Shown here piece after piece: positions 50,472 through 63,611 of a DNA stretch of 64,000 nt (positions are counted from its first letter, which is position 1; each line of letters starts with the position of its first letter). This DNA comes from Squalus acanthias. Lineage: Eukaryota. Under the pieces are notes generated by a model. It was not told where the DNA came from and did not search any database. It was given only the letters and a program-made list of their open reading frames with translations. The stretch spans positions 12,338,001 to 12,402,000 of the forward strand of contig CM059432.1 of the NCBI GenBank assembly GCA_030390025.1, given 5' to 3'. A program made the translations under genes and the position numbers.

Positions 50472-51021
50472 CCACCATCTACAAGACACAAGTAAGGAGT
50501 GTGATGGAATACTCTCCACTTGCCTGGATGAGTGCAGCTCGAATAACACTCAAGAAGCTCGACACCATCCAAGACAAAGCAACCCGCTTGATTGGTACCC
50601 CATCCACCACCTTAAACATTCACTCCCTCCACCACCGGCGCACCGTGGCTTCAGTGTGTACCATCTACAAGATGCACTGCAGCAACTCGCCAAGGCTTCT
50701 TCGGCAGCACCTCCCAAACCCGCGACCTCTTCCACCTAGAAGGACAAGGGCAGCAGGCGCATGGGAACACCACCACCTCCAAGTTCCCCTCCCAAGTCAC
50801 ACACCATCCTGACTTAGAAGTATATCGCCGATCCTTCATCGTCGCTAGGTCAAAATCCTGGAACTCCCTACCTAACAGCACTGTGGGAGTACCTTTACCA
50901 CACGGACTGCAGCGGTTCAAGAAGGCGGCTCACCACCACCTTCTCAAGGGCAACTAGGGATGGGCAATAAATGCTGGCCTTGCCAGTGACGCCCACATCC
51001 CATAAGCGAATAAAAAAAAAA
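50472..51021 (+). mobile_element. Second-family LINE 3' part
   Basis: ORF 50501-50812; A tail at about 51010-51021. Confidence 0.88.
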
Positions 51022-52246
51022 TGTAGAAGAAAAACTGAACACTTAAAAAATAAAAGTAGCAATGCTCTCACTCCTATAATATTTATTTATTTAAAATATT
51101 ACAAGGGACAGACTTTCTGGTTTCAGGAAGACGTCTATCGCTTGGCCGAATGGCGCAGTCCTTTCATATCACGGAATTGCTTTTCAACCTACTGGTGTTA
51201 AAGAATGGTCCTTTTAACAAAAGGGATGGCCAAAATAGCATGGCTGCCACCAACAGGAATGGCCGATGCTCTCTAGCTCTCCTGTTTCTCCATTAATTAT
51301 GTGTAAGGAGCTTCGCTGAGAACTGTGGTATAAGTTGCTGTAGCTAAAAGGCTGTGACATTTCTTCTTGAAACCATTGCAAACATCAACATTCAGCAGTT
51401 GGGTAAAACTTTTTTTTTTTTAAAAACAGGTACAGTTTTAACACTGACACAAAGAGCGAAAAAAAAAGTTTTTCGTTTCTTGCTGATTTTCTCCCCATCT
51501 CTCCTGGAGATGATAACACTTTGGTGGTGGTGGTGGGGGGGGGTCCCTCTGATGCCTGCCTGAGCGACCATTCACCCGCGAGCTCAGGCAGCGTGTGTCG
51601 GCAGGCTTTCAGCCCTCAGAGGCATCGTGGCCAAGTCCAATCCAGCTCACACACACGCACAAGTCACTGGACACGAGGAATGAAAACCTGGGCCGACGTT
51701 CCCCTCTCTCTAACCCACTGATTCTAGAAGTCGCTTGCAGCACCTGTACCACCACACCTCTGCAAACAGCATACTCGGCATGAATTGCACCTGGGACATT
51801 CCTGGTAACCATGGTTCAGTTACTCACTTGCTGACCCATCGGGGGAGTGTGAGGGGGGAAAATACCTAGAGTTACATTGAGTTTACAGCACCGAAACAGG
51901 CCATTCGGTCCGTGCTAGTGTTACCTGCAGGTTTCCAAATTTAGTAAGAAATATTAGATTAATATAATTCCAAGTGATGCAATGAGTATCATTGCATAAG
52001 GGGGGAGAGCAGAGAAGGAGTGAGGGGAGAGGAGCGAAGAAAGGGAAATAAAAGGAAAATGTTGAGAGATGGGGAGAGACCAAGAAAGAGGAACAGGAGA
52101 GAGATACACAGAGAAAGGGGAACACAGAGAAAAAAGACACACACACACACACACTTCAGGGGGTCATACACTTTAGACCGCTGTTGCACAACCCATCAAC
52201 TAGCCATAGAGAGACACTGGCAGGGGACTAGGAGCAGGGCTCCAGC

Positions 52247-52520
52247 TCATAAGAACATAAGAAATAGGAGCAGGAATAGGCCACTTGGCCCCTCCAGCCT
52301 GCTCCGCCATTCAATAAGATCATGGCTGATCTTGGGCTCAAAGCCATTTCCCTGCCCGCTCCCCATAACCCTTCACTCCCTTATCTTGCAAAAATCTGTC
52401 TATCTCCACCTTCTGGTTACAACAGTGACGACACTTCAAAAGTACTTCAATGCCTGTAAAGCGCGTTGGGTGGGCCCGAGGTCGTGAAAGGCGCTATATA
52501 AATGCAAATCTTTCTTTCTT
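52247..52520. mobile_element. Antisense CR1 3'UTR (to about 52411) joined to a Deu-SINE tail
   Basis: cataagaacataagaaataggagcagg; then ttacaacagtgacgacacttcaaaag...tataaatgcaa. Confidence 0.75.
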
Positions 52521-54049
52521 TCATAGACCAGGCAGCAGCTATCCAGACTTGGAGTTGGGGAAGCAAACACCGCAACAGTAGTTTGGTTAATACATTCTTA
52601 AATGCAGAGAATTTTTGATTTGTTAAAACAACTGTTGGCTCAATGTTCAAGTTACTAATGTTGTCACGTTCAAAGATGCTGCAAGTCTCGACCCTTTCTC
52701 ATTAGCAAAGACTTAACTTTGCCAAGAGTTTAGCAACATTCGCCATCAGCAGTTGGCTACAATCTAATGGGGCTGTTATTGCAACAAATAACCAGGAGAT
52801 CAGTTTATTTTATGGAGGTATTTTCAATCAAAGTGTTCATCAACGCCCAGGTAATGGCAGAAGAGTCATTAAAATTCTTTAAAAATTGGCACCTTGGCAC
52901 CCAAAGGACTAGATTAATGACCGCACTCAGGAGTTTGCCCAATGTGCTGCTTGTTTGTGTTGGTTATTATCTTCATTGCGTGACAAGCTCCGGGGAGCAA
53001 GCGTCCCTAGCTGGGCACAGTTTTATTCTAAGTTCTGGGAATGTGCAAATCACCGACCCTAACAATTATTACCCTACTAATTAGTCAGAAATGTTGTCAT
53101 AGTGAATCAGCATTCAAACTACAAACAGAACAACCATCACCATCAGCCTAACTCAAACACTGTCCTAAAAATACTTTATTTTTCTACAAAAACATTGCTT
53201 CATCCACCTATGATGTACTAAACCATCGGGCCATTGGCACTGGAGATATCCTAAATGTGGTCCTATAGACGCAAAGGTTTGGTAACCAGGTACTCACTGG
53301 ACGTAAGAGAGTCAGGATGTGCTCTTGTTGACTCCCAGAAGATGCCAGAGTAAAAAGAATGAATCATCTCCCTGTGGGCTCACTGCTGTAACAATGTCAT
53401 TCCAAGTTCACAAAGAACACGTAATCACAAAGTGTGCTAAACTGAAATCTTCACTGCGGCTGACTTGCCTTTTCCAAAACCGTCTACAATGGGTACCTCT
53501 ACTCAATGGATACCCAATTTTCCCATCCCCCCAATCTGTGCATGAAGCTAAATTTAAACTTCATTAAACTTTCTCCAGCTTTTAGTCCTCTCTCCTGTAA
53601 CCACAATTCACACTGAGGCACGATTCCAATTGCCTGCAAGCCCTGATACCTCATCCAAGTGACCATTCTTCATGTGTGAGCTTTGATGGTGAATGTTGGC
53701 AGGCTACTTAACTGTGTGGAGTATCTGTGCCAAACCCAATCGTCTCTTCATGTGGACTTTTCAGTATAAGTAGCGAACAGGGGCGGGGACCTCTAACTAA
53801 TTTCCTCCTCTGCGGTCCCAAACCTTGGACCTACCTAGTCTGTACGGCTCAATTATACACTGGGAATTGGATATGGCTACTAAGCCGTCAGAGAAGCTTT
53901 ACCTAAAAGGCATTATCTTGACTTATTCAAGTCAAAATTCAGAATTAAAATTCTGCCCCTTGGTTTCCCATCAGGTTTCAATGATCCAAGAGTTTTACAG
54001 ATGTGTGCGGCTATGGCAATAATCAAACACTCTGCACATCAATGAAATA

Positions 54050-55685
54050 TCTCTACCAACCTCCATAAACTTGAGCTCATCCAAAACTCTGCTGCCCGTA
54101 TCCTAAATCGCACCAAGTCCCGTTCACCCATCACCCCTGTGCTCACTGACCTACATTGGCTCCCGGTCTGGTAACGACTCAATTTTAAAATTCTCAACTT
54201 TGCTTTCAAATCCCTCCATGACCTCGCCCCTCCCTATCTCTGTAAACTCCTCCAGCCCTACAACCCTCTGAGATCTCTGTACTCCTCCAATTCTGGCCTC
54301 TTGCACATCCCCGATTTTAATCACTCCACCATTGGCGGCCGTGCCTTCAGCTGCCTGGGCCCTAAGCTCTGGAATTCCCTCCCTAAATCTCTCCGCCTCT
54401 CTTTCCTTCTTTAAGACACTCCATAAAACCTATGTTTTTGACCAAGCTTTTGGTCATCTGTCCTAATATCTCCATTAGGATTGATAGATTGTGGCCAGAG
54501 CCTCCCCCATTTCCACCCTTACTTCCTTCAGCAACATAGGATGCATCCCATCCGGACTGGGTGACTTTTCTACTTTGAGTGCTGCCAACCTTTTAAGTAC
54601 CTCTTCCTTTATCTATGTTTATCCTAACCAATTTCTCTCCCCCCCCCCGCCCCCCACCAACTCCTTTGCTGTGACATTGGCAGCATCCTCTTCTTTTGTG
54701 AAGACAGATGCAAAGTACTCATTTAGTACCTCAGCCATGCCCTCTGCCTCTACAAGGAGATTTCCATTTTTGGTCCCTAATTGGCCCCACCCTTCCTTTG
54801 ACTACCCTTTTACTATTTATCTTTACTCTGTATCTCAATAATTTGGAAAGAGGCCCAGTGGGAGTAGTGTTAAAATTTGCAGATGATGTCAAACTAGGAG
54901 GCATAGTTAATTCTTTAGAAGACCAAAGGAAGCTGCAAAGGGATATTGAAAAGATGGGGGAAATGGGCTAAAAGTAATGGCAAATGAATTCAATGTGTGA
55001 AGTGATATATTTTGGTAAAAGTTAACAGCAATAATTATACTCTGAATGGAAGTAGACTTGGTGCTGGGGAAGAGCAGAGGGATTTGTAGGTACAGCTTTA
55101 TAGGACATTAAAGGGAAAACCTTAGGTTAATAAGTCCATTAAAAAAAGCTAATGGAATTCTAAGTTTTATCACAAGAGGTATAGAATATAAAAACCAAGA
55201 GCCTGTATACAATCTGAAGACCGCAGTTAGAGTACTGTGTGCAGTCTTGGGTTTCGCACTACAGGAAGAATACTTAGGCTTTAGAGAGGAGACAATGCAG
55301 ATTCACTAGGATGTTGCCTGGTATGAGGAAATAAAAAGAAAGATTTGGAAAATGTTGTCTTTTTTTGTTAGAATAATGCAGACTATGGGGTGATATGATA
55401 GAAAGGCTTAAGATTATGGAATAATAGGACAGAGTAGATATAAACAGACTGTTTCCAGTAGTTTGGGGGGGGGGGGGGTGTCTAAATCAAGGGGTCATAG
55501 ATGCAAGATTAAATGCAAAAAAAATTAGAGCAGAGAGCAAGAGAAAATTCTTTAGAGAGAATCGAAAGGCTGGGGAATTCACTTCCAGGCTTCATGCTTG
55601 AAGCAGAAACTATGTCGGCATTCAAGATTAGATTGGACCGGTTGATGAAGGGAAGGAGTTGAAGAGCTATGGGAACAGGGTAGGT
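54050..55685. mobile_element. Cluster: L2 3' end (+, 54050-54472), CR1 internal fragment (-, about 54475-54820), old CR1 (+, about 54830-55685)
   Basis: LHWLP/GGRAFS; antisense SPDGMHP; KFADDVKLGG and downstream decayed motifs. Confidence 0.75.
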
Positions 55686-56073
55686 ATATTATATTATACA
55701 CACACACACACAAACACATACTCGCATACGTACCATATATGCACATTTTTGAAAATGGTCAATTTAAGAACATAACTTAGCTATCCACAACACAGGCCAC
55801 CACATGTCATAAAATATTGTCCTTCTTTGTAGAATAAACAACCCCAATTAAGAGTGCAGATGATGTATCTGTGCTACTGCTGTTTTCTGTCCGTTAACCA
55901 ATCCTCAAGGGCAGGTAAGAAGAAAGTAGGCCAAAGATGACCCCAGGACTGTATTATGAATATCACTGGACTAAAGTATGTCGTCGAGTTGTTGAAAGGC
56001 TGTCATTTGACAATACAAGCTTGAAATTTACACTTTTCTCAGAAGACAATACAGCGAGAAATGTGCCCTAAAA

Positions 56074-56320
56074 TTAGACAGAAGTTACAATACGGAGACA
56101 GGCCATTCGGCCCGACCAGTCCATGCTGGCGTTTACCCTCCACACGAGCAAATAGCCCGAATCACGTTTACCCGTCCTGTTCCCATATCCCTTCAAACCC
56201 TTTTCCTTCATCCAGCTATCCAATCTAATCTTGATTGTTGATGTAGTTTCTGTCTCAACCACTAACCCTGGGAGTGAATTCCACATCCGCACAACTCTGT
56301 GTGAAGAGGTTTCTCTCTTC
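56074..56320 (-). mobile_element. CR1 3' fragment
   Basis: HRVVRMWNSLPGLVVE... Confidence 0.8.
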
Positions 56321-56728
56321 AGTATCTCAAATTCTACTAGACTTTTCCTGTATTGTAAATCGCCATCTGGCAACACATGAACTATGAAACAAATACATGA
56401 CAGAAAACCTTAATTTCTTACAAACTTAAAAAGAAACTCTTTAATCTTTCAGAGATTGACAGATGACACTCACTAAAATGGATTATTATTAATTAGTTAG
56501 ATCCCAAAATATTAAACCCATACAGATGGTCAAAAATGCACTTTTGTTTTCTCGCTGTCTCATCTCCAAGAGCTTTTTTTTGCCTTTTAAGGGTTTGCGA
56601 ACACGAAACTGAATTTTTATCCCAAAATCTAGTCATCTCTTGCTTGAAATTCTGCAGCAGTTTTTATTTTGTAAAAACAGGATGTTCTATCAGGAGAAGT
56701 GAAACTACCACTGAAATATTCCTGAGAA

Positions 56729-57125
56729 GTGTCAGCTCAGTGGTACGACTCTCGCCTCTCTGAGTCAGGAGGCTGTGGGTTCAACAAGGCCCACGCCAGA
56801 GACTTGAGCTCATAATCCAGGCTGACACTCCCAGTGCGGTACTGAGGGAGTGCTGCACTGTCGGAGGTGCCGTCTTTCGGATGAGGCTTTAAACCGAGGT
56901 CCCGTCTGCTCGCTCAGGTGGACATGGTACTATTTTGAAGAGGAGCAGGGGAGTTATCCCCAGTGTCCAGGCTAATATTTAATCCCTCAATCAACATCAC
57001 TAAAAAAAAAACATGATCTGGTCATTATATTATTGCTGTTTGTGGGAGCTTGCAGCTAATCGGCTGCCGCGTTTCCCTATATTACCACAGTGAAATGCGC
57101 TATTTAAATGCAAGTTCTTTCTTCT
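56729..57125 (+). mobile_element. Deu-domain SINE
   Basis: tRNA-like head, Deu core, shortened tail. Confidence 0.82.
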
Positions 57126-57289
57126 TCTGTTCTTTGATGAACCATTTGCATTTACTGTTCTCCGTAGCATAGTATGTTTATAACCATTGAGGGAGCAGCA
57201 CTGGGACCAATCATGCTTCTGTGCATTAACTGGGAATCAGAGGACAGCAACAGACTGGTGTTAGACAGTAATACAGGAAAAAAAAATCA

Positions 57290-57927
57290 AAAAGGCTAAT
57301 GGAATGCTGGCCTTTATATCTAGAGGACTAGAGTACAAGGGGGCAGAAGTTATGCTGCAGCTATACAAAACCCTGGTTAGACCACACCTGGAGCCCTGTG
57401 AGCAGTTTTGGGTACCACACCTTAGGAAGGATATATTGGCCTTGGAGGGAGTGCAGCGTAGGTTTACCAGAATGATACCTGGACTTCAAGGGTTAAATTA
57501 CGAGGAGAGATTACACAAACTAGGGTTGTATGCCCGAGAATTTAGAAGGTCAAGGGGTGATCTGATTGAAGTTTTCAGGATATTAAGGTACGGTAGATAG
57601 AGAGAAACTATTTCCGCTGGTTGGGGATTCTAGGACTAGGGGGCATAGTCTAAAAATTAGAGCCAGACTTTTCAGGAGTGAAATTAGGAAACACTTCCAC
57701 ACACAAAGTGTGGTAGCAGTTTGGAACTCTCTTCCGCAAACGGCAATTGATGCTAGATCAATTGTTAATTTTAAATCGGAGATTGATAGCTTTTTGTTAA
57801 CGAAAGGTATCAAGGGATATGGGCCAAAGGCGGGTATATGGAGTTAGATCACAGATCAGCCATGATCTCATTGAATGGCAGAACAGGCTCGAGGGGCTGA
57901 ATGGCCTACTCCTGTTCCTATGTTCCT
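57290..57927 (+). mobile_element. CR1 3' fragment
   Basis: ORF 57304-57600 and tcctatgt tail. Confidence 0.9.
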
Positions 57928-58326
57928 AGGGAGCTAGTATAGCATTTGTACTGGGAATGTTGTGTCAGTTTTCATATCCAGTATAAATGGCGTTCTCGCA
58001 GCAGCCTGGATAAGTGGCTGTAGAGTCAGGAAAGTGGGCATGGGAACAGCTAGGAGTAGGTAATGAAGGTGAGTGGCGCCATTTCAATATACTGAAGTGT
58101 TATTTTGTTGCATCAAAATGAAATTCAATATAATTTAATTCTCGGGCCTGGGACCAGGCCACAAGACTTTGCCATGTAAAAGTTCAATACCTTAAGATTG
58201 CACTGTCATTCTAAAACATTTTTGAGGCTTCTCATCCATTGGGTAATAATACACAACTCAAGTACTTTTAATAAACGTGAAATTATTGTTCACTTCTATG
58301 GTATATGCCATGTGTCATTTCTCATT

Positions 58327-59548
58327 TCATAGAATGGTTACAGCACAGAAGGAGGTCGTTCAGCCCATCGAGCCCGTGCCGGCTCTCTGCAAGAGCACTT
58401 CAGCTAGTCCCACTTCCCCGCTCTTTCCCTGTAGCCCTGCTAATCTTTTTCCTTCAGGTACTTATCCAATTCCCTTTTGAAAGCCACGATTGAGTCTGCC
58501 TCCACCACCCTTTCAGGCAGTGCATTCCAGATCATAACCACTCGCTGCATAAAAAAGTTTTTCCTCATGTCGTCTTTGGTTCTTTTGCCAATCACCTTAA
58601 ATCTGTGTCCTCTGGTTCTCGACCCTTCTGCCAATAGGAACAGTTTCTCTCTATTTACTCTGTCTAGACCCCTCATAATTTTGAACACCTCTATCAAATC
58701 TCCTCTCAACCTTCTCTACTCTAAGGAGAACCACCCCAGCTTCTCCAGTCTATCCACGTAACTGAAGTCCCTCATCCCTGGAACCATTCTTGTAAATCTT
58801 TTCTGTACTCTCTTTAAGGCCTTCACATCCTTCCTAAAATGCGGTGCCCAGAATTGGACACAATACTCCAGTTGAGGCCGAACCAGTGTTTTATAAAGGT
58901 TTATCATACCTTCCTTACTTCTGTACTCTATGCCTCTATTTATGAAGCCCGGGATCCCGTATGCTTTTTTAACCGCTTTCTCAACCTGCCCTGTCACCTT
59001 CAACGATTTGTGTACATATACCCCCAGGTCTCTCTGTTCATGCACCCCCTTTAGAATTGTATCCTTTAGTTTATATTGCCTCTCCCTGTTCTTCCTACCA
59101 AAATGTATCACTTTGCACTTTTCTGCGTTAAATTTCATCTGCCACGTGTCCGCCCATTCCACCAGCCTGTCTATGTCCTCTTGAAGTCTATCACGATCCT
59201 CCTCACAATACTTCCAAGTTTTGTGTCATCTGCAAATTTTGAAATTGTGCCCCGTACTCCCAAGTCCAAGTCATTTATATCAAGAAAAGCAGTGGTCCTA
59301 GTACCCTGGGGAACAGCACTGTATACCTTCCTCCAGTCCGAAGAACAACCGTTCACCACTACACTCTGTTTCCTGTCATTTAGCCAATTTTGTATCCATG
59401 CTGCCACTGTCCCTTTTATTCCATGGGCTTCAACTTTGCTGGCAAGCCTATTATGTGGCACTTTATCAAACACCTTTTGGAAGTCCATGTACACCACATC
59501 GACCGCATTGCCCTCATCAACCCTCTCTGTTACCTCATCAAAAAACTC
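58327..59548 (-). mobile_element. CR1 LINE (HER1-like), RT C-terminal half
   Basis: ORFs 59171-59566, 58716-59162, 58440-58709 (YMDFQKVFDKVPH, FADD, QLEYCVQFW). Confidence 0.93.
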
Positions 59549-59644
59549 ATTTGTCACTGAATCCATTGATGACCATGGAGGACAATAGTGTAAAGAATCT
59601 TACTCATGAAGAGTGCTTGGGAAGTACAGTGATTACTTCTGTAA

Positions 59645-61030
59645 TTGGGAATATCTGTCATTGGGAAAATGCTGGAGTCCATCTTTAAGGAAGTGGTAGC
59701 AGGCATTTAGAAAATCATAATATAGTCAAGCAGAGTCAGCATGGTTTTATGAAAGGGAAATCATGTTTGACAAATTTGCTGGAGTTCTTTCAGGATGTAA
59801 CGAGCAGGGTGGATAAAGGGGAACCAGTAGATTTCGTGTATTTGGATTTCCAGAAGGCATTCGATAAGGTGCCACATAAAAGGTTACTGCACAAGATAAG
59901 AGCTCACGGGGTTGGGGGTAATATATTCGCACGGATAGAGGATTGGCTAACTAACAGAAAACAGAGAGTCGGGATAAATGGGTCATTTTCAGGTTGGCAG
60001 GCTGTAACTAGTGGGGTGCCGCAGGGATCAGTGCTGGGGCCTCAACTATTTACAATCTATATTAATGACTTGGATGAAGGGTAACGTAGCCAAATTTGCT
60101 GATGATACAAAGATAGGTGGGAAAGCAAATTGTGTGGAGGACGCAAAGAATCTCCAAGGGATATAGATAGGCTAAGTGAGTGGGCAAAAATCTGGCAGAT
60201 GGAGTTTAATGTGGGAAAATGCAAGGTTATCCACTTTGGTAGGAAAAATAAAAAAGCAAATTATTATTTAAATGGGGGAGAGATTACAAAATGCTGAGGT
60301 ACAGAGGGATCTGGGAGTCCTTGTACATGAATCACAAAAAGTTAGCATGCAGGTACAGCAAGTAATTAGGAAGGCAAATGGAATGTTGGCCTTTATTGCA
60401 AAGGGAATGGAGTATAAAAGTAGGGAAGTCCTGTTACAACTGTACAGGGCTTTGGTGAGACCACACCTGGAGTACTGCGTACAGTTTTGGTCTCCTTATT
60501 TAAGGAAGGATATGCTTGCATTGGAGGCAGTTCAGAGAAGGTTCACGAGGTTGATTCCGGAGATGAAGGGGTTGTCTTATGAAGAAAGGTTGAGCAGGTT
60601 GGGCCTATACTCATTGGAGTTTAGAAGAATGAGAGGGGATCTTATTGAAACATACAAGATTCTGAGGGGGCTTGACAGGGTAGATGCAGAGAGGATGTTT
60701 CCCCTCGTGGGGGAATCTAGAACTAGAGGACATAATTTCAGAATAAGGGGGCACCCACTTAAATTGGAAATGAGGAGAAATTTCTTCTCTCAGAGGGTCG
60801 TGAATCTTTGGAATTCTCTTCCCCAGAGAGCTGTGGAGGCTGGGTCATTGAACATATTTAAGGTGGAGATAGACAGATTTTTGAAAGGTAAGGGAGTCAA
60901 GGGTTATGGGGAGCGGGCAGGGAAGTGGAGTTGAGGCCAAGATCAGATCAGCCATGATCTTATTGAATGGCGGAGCAGGCTTGAGGGGCCAAATGGTCTA
61001 CTCCTGCTCCTACGTCTTGTGGTCTTATGT
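59645..61030 (+). mobile_element. CR1 LINE, ~1.4 kb, frameshifted
   Basis: ORFs 59749-60084 and 60272-60934; tail tcttatgt. Confidence 0.95.
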
Positions 61031-61033
61031 ATA

Positions 61034-61419
61034 TGCAAATTTTGAAATTGTGCCCCGTACTCCCAAGTCCAAGTCATTTATATCAAGAAAAGCAGTGGTC
61101 CTAGTACCCTGGGGAATACCACTGTATACCTTCCTCCAGTCCGAAAAACCACTACTCTCTGTTTCCTGTCATTTAGCCAATTTCGTATCCATGCTGCCAC
61201 TGTCCCTTTTATTCCATGGGCTTCAACTTTGCTGGCAAGCCTATTATGTGGCACTTTATCAAACACCTTTTGGAAGTCCATGTACACCATGTCCACCGCA
61301 TTGCCCTCATCAACCCTCTCTGTTCCCTCATCAAAAAACTCATTTGTCACTGAATCCATTGATAACCATGGAGGACAACAGTGTGAAGTATCTTACTCAT
61401 GAAGAGTGATTGGGAAGTA
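61034..61419 (+). repeat. Direct duplicate of 59231-59626
   Basis: Colinear, with scattered substitutions and one small indel; includes the CR1/unique-DNA junction. Confidence 0.93.
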
Positions 61420-61670
61420 CAGTAAACTCTTGTTTAAATGGCACTTAATCATCCGGAATTCTTTAATAACTGGCAAAATAGATAACTGGTAATCTTGCCG
61501 AATCCATCCATTTTTCGTTTTTCCGAGTCCGAGTTTCCCGCAGTGGCCAAGTTAGTCAGTGTTTTTTTTATTTTTTTCGTTAAAAATTGCCTACCTCTCT
61601 GTTATCCGGAATTTTTCATCAACCGGCACCATCCTGGTCCCGTAGGTGGCGGATATGAAAGAGTTTACTG
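61420..61670. mobile_element. Tigger-like MITE
   Basis: ta|cagtaaactctt...aagagtttactg|ta. Confidence 0.87.
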
Positions 61671-62209
61671 TACATGAATATACTTCTGGAAGTACTGCAG
61701 TACAATTGAATCTCTTCTCATGCAAAATATGCTGATAATGCTAGGGAAATTCAAGAACTGATACTCTGGAGACGTGTTGAAATTTATAGCCACGTGATAA
61801 AGCAGGATATCAGTATGCATCATACTCCCAAATACTTCTCTCCCAATTTCCTCCGTATCTCTTTGGGAGCAGCGGCTCTTGCCAGAATTAACAGTTGCAC
61901 GGGCAGCCCTCTAGAACCGTTCGCCAATGACCGTCTTTTCATTTGACACCTGGCAGCCACACAATGCACTTCCCAGCAATGGGTGACTGGATCGGGTTTA
62001 GAGCAGGAACCCTGCCTGGTGTTTGTCTCCCTCGTCCCAGGACAGCGCCCAACGCCCAATTTGCAGTGACCCATCTTCCTGGCTGACCTCACCTAACTCG
62101 GGGATGGATGTTGGGACCTTCCTAACCTGTAGTGCATACCTCCATTTTAACATTTGAATTTTTAAAAAAGCGTCCTCCACGTTTCATGTTATACTCTAGC
62201 TTTACAAAT

Positions 62210-62708
62210 ACATAGAATTTACAGCACACAAACAGGCCATTCGGCCCAACGGGTCCGTGCCGGTGTTTATGCTCCACGTGAGCCTCCAGCTACCCTACTT
62301 CATCTAGCCCTATCAGCATGTCCTTCTATTCTTTTCTCCCTCATGTGTTTATCTAGTTTTCCCTTCTATGCTATTCGCTTCAACTACTCCTTGTGGTCAC
62401 GGGTTCCATATTCTCACCACTTTCTTGATAAAGAAATTTCTCCTAAATTCCCTCCTGGATTTATTAGTGACTATCTTATATTTATGGCCCCATAAATATG
62501 ATGAGATCCTGATAAGCTGACCAGTGTGTTGTTGTACTTTGTCTTTTTCTGATGAATGAAACATTACTGAGCCCCTGTACCCGTGTCACGGAATGAAGTG
62601 CCAGACAAGTAAAATATAGTCATAGATTTATACAGCACAGAAAGAGGCCCTTCGGCCCATCGTGTCCGCGCCAGCCATCGAGCCCCATCTAATCTAAGCC
62701 CATTTTCT
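62210..62708 (-). mobile_element. Two antisense CR1 3' ends (about 62210-62490 and 62620-62708)
   Basis: catagaatttacagcacacaaacaggccattcggccc; catagattatacagcacagaaagaggcccttcggccc. Confidence 0.8.
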
Positions 62709-62734
62709 GGGTATGAATGCAATAATAATAATCT

Positions 62735-62823
62735 CACGGCCGTATAGGTGTGATCACCACGGCCGTATAGGTGTGATCACCACGGCCGTATAGGTGCGAT
62801 CACCACGGCCGTATAGGTGTGAT
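62735..62823. repeat. 23-bp minisatellite, ~3.9 copies (cacggccgtataggtgtgatcac)
   Basis: Head-to-tail units with one substitution and no spacers. Confidence 0.95.
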
Positions 62824-63611
62824 AGGACGGCCTTGTGGTTATAGTCTGGTCACAGATGAACTAAATTCCCCGAATTAGACAGAGTTGATGAGGAGTTCAA
62901 GAGGCGAGTCAAAATAATCCCATTTCCTGGAGTGGTAACCAAGCTTGTGTACCAGAACAGGCCACTTAAGCCGCGGTCAGTTGGAACAGACTCAGGAAGG
63001 TCCCAAGAAGTGCAAGTCCCGCCACTCAGGCACCCCAATTGGTTGGAGGATCCACCACCGCCTCGGTCCTCCAGCCGTTGCCCGCTCGCTCGGTATTGTT
63101 GGGAAGCTCACGTCAATCACACCGTGGCCCGTGGATCACTTCCCCCCACCCCCCCACGAGAACAACACGCGCTCCATCAAACTGAAGAAGCTCCATGAAG
63201 AAGCCCGGGACCCTCGGGTTTTATTTTCCTTTACTTACCTTCCCCCTCCCAGCACTTCTCTCCCCCTCGCCGTGCTTCCTCCCCTCCCCCTTCTCCCTCC
63301 CCCTTCCCCGCGATTTCAACTGGATCTCATACAATTCACTTTTCACCAGTGTTTTGGACTCAATGGTTATCGACCTTACCCAGAGTCCCCCTGCGCATCA
63401 GAAGCTCATTCTTGGACAGATTGTGTTCCAAATCCATGTGGTGTTCTGGACTACTATTGCTGTAACCCCTCCATAATCACAAAGATCCATCCTTACTCCA
63501 CACGGTTGGTCCCAGATCAGTGAACATTTTTAGTCCTAAAAGTACTGTTGAAGTGACATAAATATAACTTGGACCAGTAGGTGAGAGAAAATAATCCCAT
63601 TTTCAGCCTTT

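Noticed and set aside
62735..62823. CRISPR-like 23-bp repeats
   Set aside because: Head-to-tail with no spacers, no cas genes, vertebrate context.
62945..63523. 192-aa ORF
   Set aside because: Non-ATG start, proline-rich low complexity from a C/T tract, no recognisable domain.
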